Below are positions 61,901 to 64,000 of a stretch of 64,000 bases of DNA, in pieces. The stretch is from NCBI GenBank assembly GCA_002269645.1, contig NIVC01001568.1, forward strand, positions 186,001 through 250,000, read 5' to 3'. Position 1 is the first letter of the stretch; each line of letters starts with the position of its first letter. The notes under the pieces are model-generated. The model was given only the letters and a program-made list of their open reading frames with translations, was not told the origin of the DNA and searched no databases. The position numbers and the translations under genes are program-made. The DNA is from Macrostomum lignano. Its lineage: Eukaryota.

Positions 61901-64000
61901 ACCGGCGAGGAAAAGTGAGCCGCAGCTTTAGCTCGTTCAAGTCGCAGGTTTGCTGTCTGTCCGTGCTATTAGAGTACGAATGTGGCTTTATCTGGGCTAA
62001 ATACGCCACCTCAGATGCATTTAGCTTTTCAACTAGTTTCTGAGCGACGACTGGCGACTCGGCTATTAGAAACTTGCCCTTTTCATTAACTTGAATTTCA
62101 CCGAATTCGTGACCGTACTTTGTAGCAACGGCGTTGAGCAACGGGATTGAAATGGCTTGATTCGGCATCCGTGCCATCAATTTGACAGCGCTGGATTCGC
62201 CGGTGAGGTTCAGCTGAGAGATAACGAATCCCGGAGCAAGCCGAATATGGCATGGTAGCTGGGTCTGATCAGGGGTCAGAGACGTCAAAGAGCACAGAGT
62301 GTCAACAGTTTCTTTAATGAAATCGTCTGTCATCGCCCTAGCGGCTGCCAGACAAGAAGCTGGCTCGCATACAATGTCAACAAAGTGAAGTTCAAAGTTG
62401 CAGTGAACTTCAAACAACTTTGGTTTAAGCTTCTCTTTCACATTTTCTGTCAGTTTATTTAAAGCGACGCGGCCACGGCCGACAAGCCGCTTCATGACTT
62501 CCGTGCTGACTGGCATGATGCGCGTGACTGTTCTGAAGATGGCCTCGCTAGTCAAATTTCGATCGGAGAGCCACTCAGGAGACACCGGTGTAATATTTAG
62601 TAAATAAGTTTGCTCTGTCTCAAGCAATTTGGTGTACACAGCGAACGGGATGTTGACGGCGTTGCTAAACACTGAGGATGGATGAATTTTCAATAGCTGG
62701 CCAGTGCTCACTTCAACAAAGCCAATTCGAGGATTGCCCGAGTAGGCGCACAGCTTATCTGAGAAAACTCGATAGATGCACTCCTGGACAGCGGAAGCAA
62801 AATTTCTATCATCCGAAAAAGTTTCAGACACTTGCATCTTGAGGTCGTACTTTAGTGCACGCTGCAAGTCGGCGACCTTCTCATTAACTGAGCGCATCGA
62901 CTTGTTGTTAACGCAGTTTTTCACTGACCATTTCGTTCTCAAGTTATCCGGGCGAGATCGCCAATCTTTGAAAACTTGCAAGCTAGTGAGAAGATCGCCG
63001 TCATCAGAGGCATAAAACTCTTTGGTCTTTGTAGCATCTTGACGCTCAGCATCTGTCTTGCCTCTAAAGAAGACTTGTCCCGATAAGGTGATGAGCGAAG
63101 CCAGAACCATTCCTTCCATTGCCAGGTTATTTTCGTAGAGAAGCAAAATCATTTTAGCAAGGCGCGGCTCGGCCGGTATTTTCGCAATCTTTTTGCCCAA
63201 TTCTGTCAGCTGACCTTCGCTGAATGCGCCAATGAATTCCAGCGCGCTCATTGCACTGTTCAGGCCCTGGCGCGACGGCGGCGTCAAATAGTCAAACTCA
63301 AGCGGATTCAATCCAAGCTCCAGAATTCGGATGGCGACTCCAGATAAATCGATGCGCTGTATCTCTGGCACAGTTGACTCGCTCATTGCCTCGTACTCCG
63401 CCTGAGTGTAAAGTCGATAGCAGCAACCGTTTTGAGTTCTACCAGCCCGGCCTTTTCTTTGATCGGCGCTGTTGCGCGAGATCTCGCCTACAACGAGAGC
63501 GTCCATGTTCCTGACAGGGTCGAATGCGTTTTGCTTGGAGAGCCCGGAGTCAACGACAACAACAACGCCCGGAATTGTTAGAGAAGTTTCGGCGCAATTT
63601 GTCGCAAAAATTACTTTTCTGGAGTTTTTGTCTTTTACCTCCTCCATTGCCAGCTGTTGATCCTCTGGCTGCAGCTGCCCGTGCAGAGGATAAGAGGGTA
63701 TTTTACTCTGCGTGCCAATTTTTCTCTGAAACAACGCACTAGCATTCTCTGTGTCTTTGGGAGTAGTCAGAAAAACCAGCATGTTTCCATGCGGAACATT
63801 GCGATCCAAACACAGTTCTACCACTTTGTCAACTGCTGTTTCAAAGTATTTTTCAGTCTTGTCCATCTTTTTGTCGCTATAGTGAACGTCAACTCGATAC
63901 ACTCGTCCAGGAATTTGGGCATGAGCTTTTGAGAAATCATCAAAAAAACTCAGAAACAGGTAGGGATTGATGGTGGCAGAAGTTATGAGCACCTTTAGTT
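58933..64000 (-). CDS. DEAH/RHA-family helicase fused to an RBR E3 ubiquitin ligase (RING1-IBR-RING2), 5' partial; exons >64000-60850, 60460-60016, 59910-59672, 59589-59511, 59181-58933
   Basis: Helicase motif III ITSAT, LHGQL, motif V ATNCAETSLTIPGV..VVDSG, motif VI QRKGRAGR, then PEIQR, HA2 and OB-like regions. RING1 CPVC..CGHVYCTDC..CAAE|GC, IBR CPAPDC..CKVC..FCLD|CQYFSHVGLTC, RING2 CPRC..IEKNAGCNHMTC..C.CHFCWLC. Splice phases 2,0,2,0 are consistent. Confidence 0.92.

Noticed and set aside
60846-63992. 1048-aa ORF as a complete stand-alone helicase
   Set aside because: The frame is open to the window edge (motifs I and II missing), and the stop overlaps a GTAAGT donor that splices in phase to the RING exon.

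Overview
This is eukaryotic genomic DNA from an animal with GC-rich exons and minisatellite-filled introns. A near match to the flatworm spliced leader (recalled from memory) points to a free-living flatworm, most likely Macrostomum; this is an inference. There are no rRNA genes, intact tRNA genes or CRISPR arrays. 2-14 kb: four co-oriented minus-strand housekeeping genes about 0.9-1.3 kb apart (RPS12, NF-YC, MRPS6, MRPL3) that look like a trans-spliced operon. The MRPS6 exon has no genomic ATG in register and would be completed exactly by the AUG that ends flatworm spliced leaders. 14-22 kb: AT-rich DNA with several MITEs. 22-40 kb: a secreted PAN plus C-type lectin gene, a neuropeptide precursor with 24 KR-flanked peptides (mostly FDPL(Y/S)GM), a degenerate spliced-leader-like 44-mer, an M28B GCPII/NAALADase-like peptidase, a tetraspanin with a 1-nt frameshift, a tRNA-derived SINE and an orphan mucin-stalk type I membrane protein. 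40-55 kb: a mariner with an intact DD34D transposase, a hAT MITE, and an SLC24/NCKX exchanger gene whose introns hold many minisatellites and a deleted mariner. 59-64 kb: the 3' part of a DEAH helicase fused to a complete RBR E3 ligase module, running off the window end. All exon models were built by hand from GT/AG signals and protein motifs; no database search was run.
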